Counted from the first letter of the stretch, positions 29,640 to 36,934 are shown. The stretch is 64,000 nt of DNA from an uncultured Bacilli bacterium (GCA_910584085.1 CAJTZY010000003.1:1701-65700); one strand, 5' to 3'. A program made the numbers and translations. Notes: a model not told the origin generated them from the sequence alone.

Positions 29640-29684
29640 GCAAAAAAAAGTTGGTTTTAGATTTTCAAAGTAGGAGGATGAAAA

Positions 29685-31664
29685 ATGGAAAATCAAGAAA
29701 ATAATAAATATTTAGGACAAGAAAAAATATCAAAATTACTGTTAAAATTTTCTATACCTTGCATATTATCTTTACTTATAAGTTCTCTATACAATATAGT
29801 AGATCAAATATTTATAGGTAATAGTGAACTTGGATATTTAGGTAATGCCGCAACGACAGTAGTATTTCCAATTACAATTATAGCAGTAGCGTTTGCATGG
29901 TGTTTTGGTGATGGAACTGCTGCATTTTTATCACTATGTCAAGGTAGAAAAGATACAAAAAATGTGCATAAAGCAGTAGGTAATAGTATTTTAGTTACAC
30001 TCATAATAAGTATAATATTTGTAATTATAGGTTTCTTATTTATGGATAAAATATTATATTTATTTGGTGCTTCCGATACGTCAATTATACTTGCACGTGA
30101 TTACTTTAAAATAATACTCGCAGCAATCCCAGTTTATATGTTAGGTAATATGATGAATGCAGTAATACGTGCAGATGGCTCACCAGCGTTTTCAATGGCA
30201 TCAACACTCATTGGAGCAATAATTAATATCATATTAGATCCAATATTTATATTTGGACTTAAATGGGGAATAAAAGGAGCTGCATGGGCAACTATAATTG
30301 GACAAATAGCTTCATTCATTATTGCTATAATTTATTATTTTAGAAGTAAAACATTTAGATTAAAATTAGATAGTTTTAAAATAAATACTAAATTATTTAG
30401 TAATGTAATTAAGCTTGGGATATCAACATTCATAACCCAAATGTCAATTGTAATTATTTCATTAGTTTGTAATATTATGCTTGCAAGATATGGAGTAAAA
30501 TCTAAATATGGAGCAGATATCCCAATAGCTGTAATAGGAATATCTATGAAAGTTTTTACAATAGTAATAAACATAGTAGTTGGATTAATCTTAGGCGCAC
30601 AACCAATACTTGGATATAATTATGGTTCAAATAACTATGACAGAGTTAAAAAGACATTAAAAAAAGTTTTACAAATAACTGTTATAGTGGGAATAGTAGC
30701 CACATTAATATTTGAACTATGCCCACAAATTGTTATTAAAATGTTTGGAACAGAATCAGATTTATATATGGAATTTGCTACTATGACATTTAGAATTTTC
30801 TTAATGTTTATAATATTTACATGTATAATAAAAATGTCTTCAATTTTCTTTCAGGCAGTAGGTTCACCTTTAAAATCATCAATAGTTTCATTATCTAGAG
30901 ATATTGTATGCTTTGTACCACTTGTTATAATATTACCAAATTATATGGGTATAAAGGGTATTTTATATGCTGCCCCTGTTGCAGATTTTGTGGGTATAAT
31001 AATAACAATTATTTTAATTATTAATTTCTTTAAACATTTAGACAGTAAAAAAGAATTAGTAAATGATAGTGATGCTGTAATAAAGAAATCAAGTAGTGGA
31101 GTTATTATAACCATATCAAGAGAACATGGCTCACAAGGTAAATATATTGGTGAATTAGTCGCTAAAAAATTAGGTATTCCTTATTATTATAAAGAGGTAA
31201 CCGCACTTGTAGCAAGTAAAAGCGGATTAGATAAAGAATTTGTATCTAAGTTAAATGATAGTTCTAATATATTACATGATTTATATTTAACAACAACACC
31301 CATAAAATATGCTATAGAGGCACAAGAAAAGGTAATAAAAGAAATTGCTCAAAATGGATCCTGTGTAATAGTAGGTCGTGCAGCTGATTATGTATTAAAA
31401 GATAAAGAGAATTTAGTTAAAATATTTATTTACGCACCAAAAGATTATCGTATAACTAAAGTAATGGAAATGTATAATGATAATAAGGTAAGTGCTAAAA
31501 AGAATATAGAAAAATCGGATAAAGCAAGAAGAAGCTATTACTCTATTATTTCGGGTAAAGAATGGGGTAATAAAGAAAATTATGATTTATGTATAGATTC
31601 TAAATTAGGTACAGAGAAGACTGCAGACATAATTGTTGATTATATAAAGAATATTAATAAATAA
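29685..31664 (+). CDS. MATE-family efflux transporter fused to a cytidylate-kinase-like (PF13189-type) domain
   Basis: About 450 aa of 12-TM MATE-like sequence (LYNIVDQIFIGN...). A soluble C-terminal domain starts VIITISREHGSQGKYIGELVAKKLGIPYYYKE. Confidence 0.75.
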   Translation: MENQENNKYLGQEKISKLLLKFSIPCILSLLISSLYNIVDQIFIGNSELGYLGNAATTVVFPITIIAVAFAWCFGDGTAAFLSLCQGRKDTKNVHKAVGNSILVTLIISIIFVIIGFLFMDKILYLFGASDTSIILARDYFKIILAAIPVYMLGNMMNAVIRADGSPAFSMASTLIGAIINIILDPIFIFGLKWGIKGAAWATIIGQIASFIIAIIYYFRSKTFRLKLDSFKINTKLFSNVIKLGISTFITQMSIVIISLVCNIMLARYGVKSKYGADIPIAVIGISMKVFTIVINIVVGLILGAQPILGYNYGSNNYDRVKKTLKKVLQITVIVGIVATLIFELCPQIVIKMFGTESDLYMEFATMTFRIFLMFIIFTCIIKMSSIFFQAVGSPLKSSIVSLSRDIVCFVPLVIILPNYMGIKGILYAAPVADFVGIIITIILIINFFKHLDSKKELVNDSDAVIKKSSSGVIITISREHGSQGKYIGELVAKKLGIPYYYKEVTALVASKSGLDKEFVSKLNDSSNILHDLYLTTTPIKYAIEAQEKVIKEIAQNGSCVIVGRAADYVLKDKENLVKIFIYAPKDYRITKVMEMYNDNKVSAKKNIEKSDKARRSYYSIISGKEWGNKENYDLCIDSKLGTEKTADIIVDYIKNINK

Positions 31665-31684
31665 TAAATATTTTAATTATATAG

Positions 31685-31713
31685 AAACCTCTGAAAAATT
31701 CAGAGGTTTTATT
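31685..31713. terminator. bidirectional terminator between convergent genes
   Basis: An 11-bp perfect stem pairs aaacctctgaa with ttcagaggttt. It is flanked by A/T runs on both sides. Confidence 0.85.
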
Positions 31714-31750
31714 ATACCAAATATTTTTATTGATTTTGTCAATATATAGA

Positions 31751-32725
31751 TTATTTATTAATTATTTCGGCTTTACATAAAGATACAAATGCAGGATTAC
31801 TATTATTGTTTCCCACTACTACAACCATACCATATTCACTTTTTAAAATAGTGCCTTGTGCAACAGTTTGACCTCCAGCATTAATGTCTACACCAGTAGT
31901 CCCGACTGGTAAATATGAACGACTTGCAGCCTCACAGTTAGAATCGCATCCAGTAGGTGTAGGAATAGGCGCTGGCAAATAAGTGATTGCATCATTATAT
32001 GTACTACTAGTTATTGTGATAGATGCTATTCTACATATAGATACTGCCTCTTCAGGTACACCTTGATTATTAACTAGTTGAAATAGTCCAGAATTTGGAT
32101 TATTATTTGGTCCAGGTAAAAGTGATCCAGGCCTTCCACTAGCATTATTACCACTTTCCATTGCTATAATTAAGTTATCATTTGGATATAAGGTAATAAT
32201 TTGTTGTATAATATTTCTCATTTGATCTACACATAAACAAGTTGTTGTATTCGCATTACTTCCGGTAGGTCCAGTAGGTCCAGTAGGTCCAGTAGGTCCG
32301 GTAGGTCCAGTAGGTCCGGTAGGTCCAGTAGGTCCAGTAGGTCCGGTAGGTCCAGTAGCTCCAGTAGCTCCAGTAGCTCCAGTAGGTCCGGTAGGTCCAG
32401 TAGCTCCAGTAGCTCCAGTAGGTCCAGTAGCTCCAGTAGGTCCGGTAGGTCCGGTAGGTCCAGTAGCTCCAGTAGGTCCAGTAGGTCCAGTAGGTCCAGT
32501 AGCTCCAGTAGCTCCAGTAGGTCCAGTAGCTCCAGTAGGTCCGGTAGGTCCGGTAGGTCCAGTAGCTCCAGTAGGTCCAGTAGGTCCAGTAGGTCCACCA
32601 GATGGTCCAGTAGGTCCAGTAGGCCCAGTAGGACCTATAATTTGACAACAATTAGGCTTGAGTTTATTATCCTTTTCTATTTTTTTTAAGGCTCTTTTAT
32701 ATAAACTATCATTATTACAATTCAT
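31751..32725 (-). CDS. collagen-like triple-helix-repeat protein, BclA-like exosporium/surface protein
   Basis: A long G-P-T/G-A-T triplet array lies between a short N-terminal region and a ~170-aa globular C-terminal domain. SD aaaggag precedes the ATG at 32725 ([12 protein letters not shown]...). The track start at 32743 contains the SD. Confidence 0.8.
   Translation of the reverse strand: MNCNNDSLYKRALKKIEKDNKLKPNCCQIIGPTGPTGPTGPSGGPTGPTGPTGATGPTGPTGPTGATGPTGATGATGPTGPTGPTGATGPTGPTGPTGATGPTGATGATGPTGPTGATGATGATGPTGPTGPTGPTGPTGPTGPTGPTGPTGPTGSNANTTTCLCVDQMRNIIQQIITLYPNDNLIIAMESGNNASGRPGSLLPGPNNNPNSGLFQLVNNQGVPEEAVSICRIASITITSSTYNDAITYLPAPIPTPTGCDSNCEAASRSYLPVGTTGVDINAGGQTVAQGTILKSEYGMVVVVGNNNSNPAFVSLCKAEIINK
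32261..32636 (-). repeat. 9-nt-periodic coding repeat (GPT/GAT collagen triplets) with a higher-order internal duplication
   Basis: ggtccagta/ggtccggta/gctccagta units are tandemly iterated. One phase break occurs at GPSGGPTG. A roughly 70-100-nt block recurs (about 32420-32490 and 32520-32590). Confidence 0.9.
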
Positions 32726-32819
32726 AGATTTTACTCCTTTCAAACTATTATATGACGCATAATGTTATACACTAATAAAAAATGTTTAGTATTTAAATAT
32801 TTCTTTAAAAAAATATTTA

Positions 32820-32828
32820 TGCTATAAT
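32820..32828 (+). promoter_or_regulatory. extended -10 promoter (tgctataat) for the retron transcript
   Basis: TGnTATAAT match. The predicted start ~7 nt downstream coincides with the a1 repeat at 32832-42. Confidence 0.5.
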
Positions 32829-32831
32829 TTA

Positions 32832-33003
32832 TTTGAGCAATAGTGTTTGGATAATTCCAGCTTTAGCGAGTCGTTAAAGTACATAAGTATTTGATTAAAT
32901 AATTGTAATACTACAAAGGACTATTCTACACGTTGTGTAGCCGCTTCGTTACACTTCGCTTTTAGTCCATTTCCATATTACAATATAATTAGTATTGCTT
33001 AAA
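32832..33003 (+). ncRNA. retron msr-msd-like non-coding RNA
   Basis: a1 tttgagcaata (32832-42) pairs with a2 tattgcttaaa (32993-33003): 11 bp with one G-U. G residues at 32843/32845 lie just 3' of a1. The msr-like hairpin spans 32861-32879. The long msd-like stem pairs 32902-10 with 32976-84 and 32918-23 with 32963-68, with an apical hairpin at 32926-40. It sits immediately upstream of the RT on the same strand. Confidence 0.65.
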
Positions 33004-33016
33004 GGAGGTAATAAAA

Positions 33017-33967
33017 ATGTGGAAGTATATAACAAAAAAAGATTGTACCGAATTTTTATTATCTCTAAATTTAATTGATAATAAACTAAGTGATAAAGAA
33101 AAGGTAAAATTACTTTATTCAATTAGTAATAATATAGAAAATAATTACAAAATTCATAAAATAAAGAAACATAATGGAAAATTTAGAACTATTCATGAGC
33201 CTAGTTATTTGCTTAAATCTGTTCAAAGAAAAATATTAAATAATATTTTAAATAATAAATCAATATCTAAATATGCCAAGGCATATCACAAAGGAATAAG
33301 TCTTAAAGATAATGCATTACCACATTTAAGTAAAAAAATAGTTCTCAAATTAGATATTAAAAATTTTTTTGATAGTGTTAACTTTGTAGATATTTATAAT
33401 ACCTGTTTTGGAATAGAATATTTTCCAAAAACTATTGGGATGCTTTTAACTCATCTTTGTACATATTATGATTATCTTCCTCAAGGCGCACCCACCTCAT
33501 CATATATTTCTAATTTAGTTATGAAAGAATTCGATGAAGAAATAGGTGAATATTGTGATAGTTTAAATATATCATATACTAGGTATTCTGATGATATGAC
33601 ATTTTCTGGAGATTTTAACACGAGTGAAATTATAAAAAAAGTAAGAACTATGTTACATAAACTAGGACTTGAATTAAATAATGAAAAAATAAGTGTTATT
33701 AAATATGGTAATAGGCAAAGTGTAACGGGGATAAATGTAAATGAAAAAATACAAGTTCAGATAGATTATAGAAAAAAGATAAGACAAGAGATATATTTTA
33801 TAAGAAAATATGGAATAGAGTCACATTTAAAATATATAAATTATGTTGATAGTAAAGAGACCTATTTAACTAGTTTAATTGGAAAAGTAAATTATGTATT
33901 ACAAATAAATAATAGTGATAAAGAATTTTTAGAATATAAAAAATATTTAAAGGAGTTATATAAATGA
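33017..33967 (+). CDS. retron-type reverse transcriptase
   Basis: 316 aa with no extra domains. RT motifs are LDIKNFFDS, LPQGAPTSSYISN and YSDDMTF. The retron-typical NAxxH (NALPH) and VTG (SVTGINV) motifs are present. SD aaggagg. Confidence 0.85.
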   Translation: MWKYITKKDCTEFLLSLNLIDNKLSDKEKVKLLYSISNNIENNYKIHKIKKHNGKFRTIHEPSYLLKSVQRKILNNILNNKSISKYAKAYHKGISLKDNALPHLSKKIVLKLDIKNFFDSVNFVDIYNTCFGIEYFPKTIGMLLTHLCTYYDYLPQGAPTSSYISNLVMKEFDEEIGEYCDSLNISYTRYSDDMTFSGDFNTSEIIKKVRTMLHKLGLELNNEKISVIKYGNRQSVTGINVNEKIQVQIDYRKKIRQEIYFIRKYGIESHLKYINYVDSKETYLTSLIGKVNYVLQINNSDKEFLEYKKYLKELYK

Positions 33968-34380
33968 AAAAAATAGTTATTGCAGGAAGTGCAAAATTAC
34001 AAAGTGATATAGAATATTTTAAAGAACATTTTGAAAATAAAGGTTATATTATCTTAGACTATCCCCAAAAAATAGATGAATCTAAATTTATGGAAATATA
34101 TCCAAATGTGCATAAAAATTTTTTTGAGTGTATAACAAAAACTGATATATTATTTATTATGAATGCTGACAAAAATGGTACTAATGGATATATTGGTGCG
34201 GAAACTTTTGCAGAATTAACATTTGGTTTAGCACAAAAATTAGTTTATAATAAGGATATTGAATTAGTTATACTAAAAATGCCAGGTAAAGAAGTTGCAT
34301 GTTATGATGAAATTAGTTTATGGCTTAAGCTTGGTTGGATAAAACTATATGAAGGAGATTATTATGAATTTAAGAAATGA
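33964..34380 (+). CDS. nucleoside 2-deoxyribosyltransferase-like (NDT/DNPH1-fold) small protein; candidate retron effector
   Basis: The ATG overlaps the RT stop (ATGA). KIVIAGS forms the first strand. TDILFIMNADKNGTNGYIGAETFAELTFGLA fits the NDT pattern (acidic catalytic residue in a G..E..LG.A context). 138 aa with no DNA-binding extension. Confidence 0.55.
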   Translation: MKKIVIAGSAKLQSDIEYFKEHFENKGYIILDYPQKIDESKFMEIYPNVHKNFFECITKTDILFIMNADKNGTNGYIGAETFAELTFGLAQKLVYNKDIELVILKMPGKEVACYDEISLWLKLGWIKLYEGDYYEFKK

Positions 34381-34924
34381 AATAGAAAATTATATACCAT
34401 TTGATATCGAGGAGGAAAAAATTAAAGAACACTTATTAAAATGGATTGATGAATTTGATGATGTTTTAACTAGAAATAATGAATTTGGTCATTTTACATC
34501 ATCAGCATTCGTAGTAAACAAGGATAGAACTAGAATGCTTGCTGTATATCACAATATATATGATGCTTGGATTTTCCCAGGTGGTCATGCTGATGGAGAA
34601 GGGGATTTACTTTCTGTTGCAGTACGTGAAGTAGAAGAAGAAACAGGCGTAAAGCCCAAAATATTAGATAATTCAATTTTTGCAATTTCAGCCTCACCAA
34701 TAGTTGGTCATGTAAAAAGAGGAAAATATATTCCAGCGCACACACATTTAGATGTTATATATCTATTAGAAGCAGATGATAAAGAACAATTAACTTTTAG
34801 AAAAGATGAAAGCAAAGGTGTAAAGTGGATTACATTTGAAGAGGCAACTTCAAGTAATGTTGTTGATTTTATAAGACCTGTAAATAAAAGATTAATAAAA
34901 AAATTAGAATCATTAAAAAAATAA
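34364..34924 (+). CDS. NUDIX hydrolase
   Basis: Nudix box GGHADGEGDLLSVAVREVEEETGV. SD gaaggag precedes ATG 34364. It overlaps the preceding ORF by 17 nt. Confidence 0.85.
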   Translation: MNLRNEIENYIPFDIEEEKIKEHLLKWIDEFDDVLTRNNEFGHFTSSAFVVNKDRTRMLAVYHNIYDAWIFPGGHADGEGDLLSVAVREVEEETGVKPKILDNSIFAISASPIVGHVKRGKYIPAHTHLDVIYLLEADDKEQLTFRKDESKGVKWITFEEATSSNVVDFIRPVNKRLIKKLESLKK

Positions 34925-34935
34925 AAGTTTTACTT

Positions 34936-34960
34936 AAGACAAATTTTTGTCTTTTTTCTT
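34936..34960 (+). terminator. Rho-independent terminator closing the RT-NDT-NUDIX unit
   Basis: A stem pairing aagacaaa with tttgtctt is followed by a T-run. Confidence 0.75.
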
Positions 34961-35022
34961 ACAAAACTGTAAGGTTTATAATACTTATTTAGTGATATAA
35001 TAAAATTAATGGAGGAGTTAGT

Positions 35023-36129
35023 ATGAACTATATAAATACAATAAAAACTGCAATAATTATATTTCCTTTTATTGCTTTATTATTCACAATACCATTTATA
35101 CTTCATCAGTATCACAAATATGGTTCTATTAATAAACTTAGAGTGCTTATTATTTACTCATTTATTCTTTATATGATAACTATTTATTTTTTAGTTATAT
35201 TACCACTTCCAAGTAGGAATAGTGTTGTACCAAAGAAAAATATGATTCATTTAATTCCATTTGGATTTATTAATGATTTTTTGAGCGAATCGAATTTTGT
35301 ACTAAGTGATCCATCAACATACTTAAATGCAATAAAACACCCAAGTTTTTATACGGTTGCATTTAACATATTAATGACTATTCCATTTGGAATGTATTTA
35401 AGATACTATTTTAAATGTAGTTTTAAAAAAACTTTCATTTTAAGTCTTACACTCAGTTTGTTTTTTGAGATGACACAAATTACTGGATTATACTTTATTT
35501 ATCCATATCCATACCGTGTATTTGATGTTGATGATTTAATAACAAACACACTAGGTGGGGTACTTGGATATCTTATTATTGGAATTTTTATTCGTCATTT
35601 GCCAACTAGAGATGAATTAGACGAAAAATCAAGAACTACTGGAGAAGTTGTTTCAGGATTAAGGAGAGTAACTGTATTTTGTTTAGATATGTTTATATAT
35701 TTATTTATAAGTTTATTTTGTGTAAATAATTATATTAGATTAACCATATTTATAATCTATTATATAATTTGTCCATTATGTATGAATGGAAAAACATTGG
35801 GTAGTAAATTTTTAAATGTAAGATTAGAATTCACTAGATATAAATTTATTAAATGTATGTTAAGGATAATATTTTTATATATTTATTATTTTGCTATACC
35901 ATTTGGCTTAATGTTTGTAAGTTATATAGCAGTTCAAAATTTAAATTTAGAGGCAACTTATTCTATTTATTTTTATGTGATAATTATGTTTATTATCTTT
36001 ATGTTTTATATGATTAATATATTTACTATATTAATAAAGAAAAAAATATTTTATGATAAGTTATTTAAAGTTAACTATAAAAGTACAATAAATGAAAATA
36101 AATTAAGCAAAGCTAATTTAGAGGAGTAG
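35023..36129 (+). CDS. VanZ-like N-terminal domain fused to an RDD-like C-terminal membrane domain
   Basis: VanZ-type motifs are IPFGFINDF, ILMTIPFGMYLRYYF and VDDLITNTLGGVLGYLI. A second multi-TM module follows GLRRVTVFCLDMFIY. Confidence 0.55.
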   Translation: MNYINTIKTAIIIFPFIALLFTIPFILHQYHKYGSINKLRVLIIYSFILYMITIYFLVILPLPSRNSVVPKKNMIHLIPFGFINDFLSESNFVLSDPSTYLNAIKHPSFYTVAFNILMTIPFGMYLRYYFKCSFKKTFILSLTLSLFFEMTQITGLYFIYPYPYRVFDVDDLITNTLGGVLGYLIIGIFIRHLPTRDELDEKSRTTGEVVSGLRRVTVFCLDMFIYLFISLFCVNNYIRLTIFIIYYIICPLCMNGKTLGSKFLNVRLEFTRYKFIKCMLRIIFLYIYYFAIPFGLMFVSYIAVQNLNLEATYSIYFYVIIMFIIFMFYMINIFTILIKKKIFYDKLFKVNYKSTINENKLSKANLEE

Positions 36130-36131
36130 GT

Positions 36132-36470
36132 ATGAAAAAGGAATTAATATTTGGAATAGTTAGTAGTTTTATACTAATAATAATTTTAATTATAAGTTTT
36201 TATTTTATAAAAGATATAAAAACTTATATACTTAATTTACCAAGTTTAGATAATTTAGAAAGTATAAATATAGAAAATATTAATGAAAGTAAAGAATATA
36301 GTTTAAAATCTGATATTGAAAAAATATTAAATAATTTAAATGGTATAAAAAGAGTAACAAATAAAGAGAGTATACAAGATTATCCTATCGATGTTGTAGA
36401 TAAAATAAAAATTGACTTTATTCATAAAGAGGGTGGAATATCCACAATATATGTGTATAAAAAAAAATAA
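36132..36470 (+). CDS. hypothetical membrane-anchored protein, apparently truncated at an A9 homopolymer
   Basis: N-terminal TM segment. The ORF ends right after the A9 run at 36459-67. The +1 frame continues as NNKYFIEQPYNGIYAISKYEYELIEKLL* to 36552. Confidence 0.5.
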   Translation: MKKELIFGIVSSFILIIILIISFYFIKDIKTYILNLPSLDNLESINIENINESKEYSLKSDIEKILNNLNGIKRVTNKESIQDYPIDVVDKIKIDFIHKEGGISTIYVYKKK

Positions 36471-36603
36471 TAAATACTTTATTGAGCAACCATATAATGG
36501 TATTTATGCAATATCTAAATATGAATATGAGTTAATAGAAAAACTATTGTAAAATAAAAAATGAACCAAATGTTCATTAATTAATTAAAAATAATATATA
36601 CTA

Positions 36604-36632
36604 TTGATATATGAATATATGTTTGGTATAAT
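36604..36632 (+). promoter_or_regulatory. sigma-A promoter (TTGATA-N17-TATAAT with TG extension)
   Basis: ttgata at 36604-09 and tgg-tataat at 36624-32. It drives the small hydrophobic ORF. Confidence 0.65.
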
Positions 36633-36707
36633 ATACATGGATATATTTGAAAATATCAGATGCTTTCCCTTTCTATTTATCGATGATAAAGGAAAGGTGG
36701 TGGTTTT

Positions 36708-36785
36708 ATGACAAAAAGAGAATTATCTCAGTTTATTATAATTCTACTATTATTTTTTATAGTAATCACCTTACTATTTAAATAA
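36708..36785 (+). CDS. 25-aa hydrophobic peptide, candidate type I toxin (not in the ORF track)
   Basis: MTKRELSQFIIILLLFFIVITLLFK*. SD ggaaaggtgg lies 8 nt upstream. The upstream CU-rich tract ctttccctttc (36663-73) can sequester the SD. Confidence 0.5.
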   Translation: MTKRELSQFIIILLLFFIVITLLFK

Positions 36786-36899
36786 TAAAAACATCTGATT
36801 TCAACGATAGTTGACTTCAGATGTAACCCAAAACAAGGGATAACATCTGATTCGCATAATCAAATGTATCCACTTTTATTATATGAAATTTCTTTCAAC
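36782..36899 (-). ncRNA. candidate antisense (antitoxin) small RNA, convergent with the toxin mRNA
   Basis: It runs from the minus-strand consensus promoter at 36906-34 to a minus-strand intrinsic terminator. That terminator is the hairpin at 36791-36824 followed by ttttattatt. Its 3' end overlaps the toxin stop codon region. Confidence 0.45.
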
Positions 36900-36905
36900 A
36901 TATAC

Positions 36906-36934
36906 ATTATCCCAAATTTTAGATTGTTTGTCAA
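36906..36934 (-). promoter_or_regulatory. sigma-A promoter on the minus strand (TTGACA-N17-GATAAT with TG extension)
   Basis: The reverse complement reads ttgaca aacaatctaaaatttgg gataat. Confidence 0.6.

Noticed and set aside
32261-32636. Tandem short repeats considered as a possible CRISPR or other non-coding array
   Set aside because: The repeat unit is 9 nt with no spacers, and it lies fully inside a collagen-like reading frame.
32227-32651. Two further long ORFs on the same (minus) strand, in the other two reading frames of the collagen repeat (track ORFs 32227..32598 and 32256..32651; LLDLPDL... and YWTYWSY... repeats)
   Set aside because: They are artefacts of the 9-nt periodic GPT/GAT repeat, which stays open in several frames. 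They have no SD or start context, and the collagen frame has a proper SD plus N- and C-terminal non-repeat domains.
33017-33967. Alternative identities for the RT: group II intron maturase, DGR RT or Abi-type RT
   Set aside because: At 316 aa it has no X/maturase, En or C-terminal Abi domains. No intron domain V/VI-like structures flank it. I saw no template/variable repeat pair nearby. NAxxH and VTG motifs plus an upstream a1/a2-flanked RNA favour a retron.
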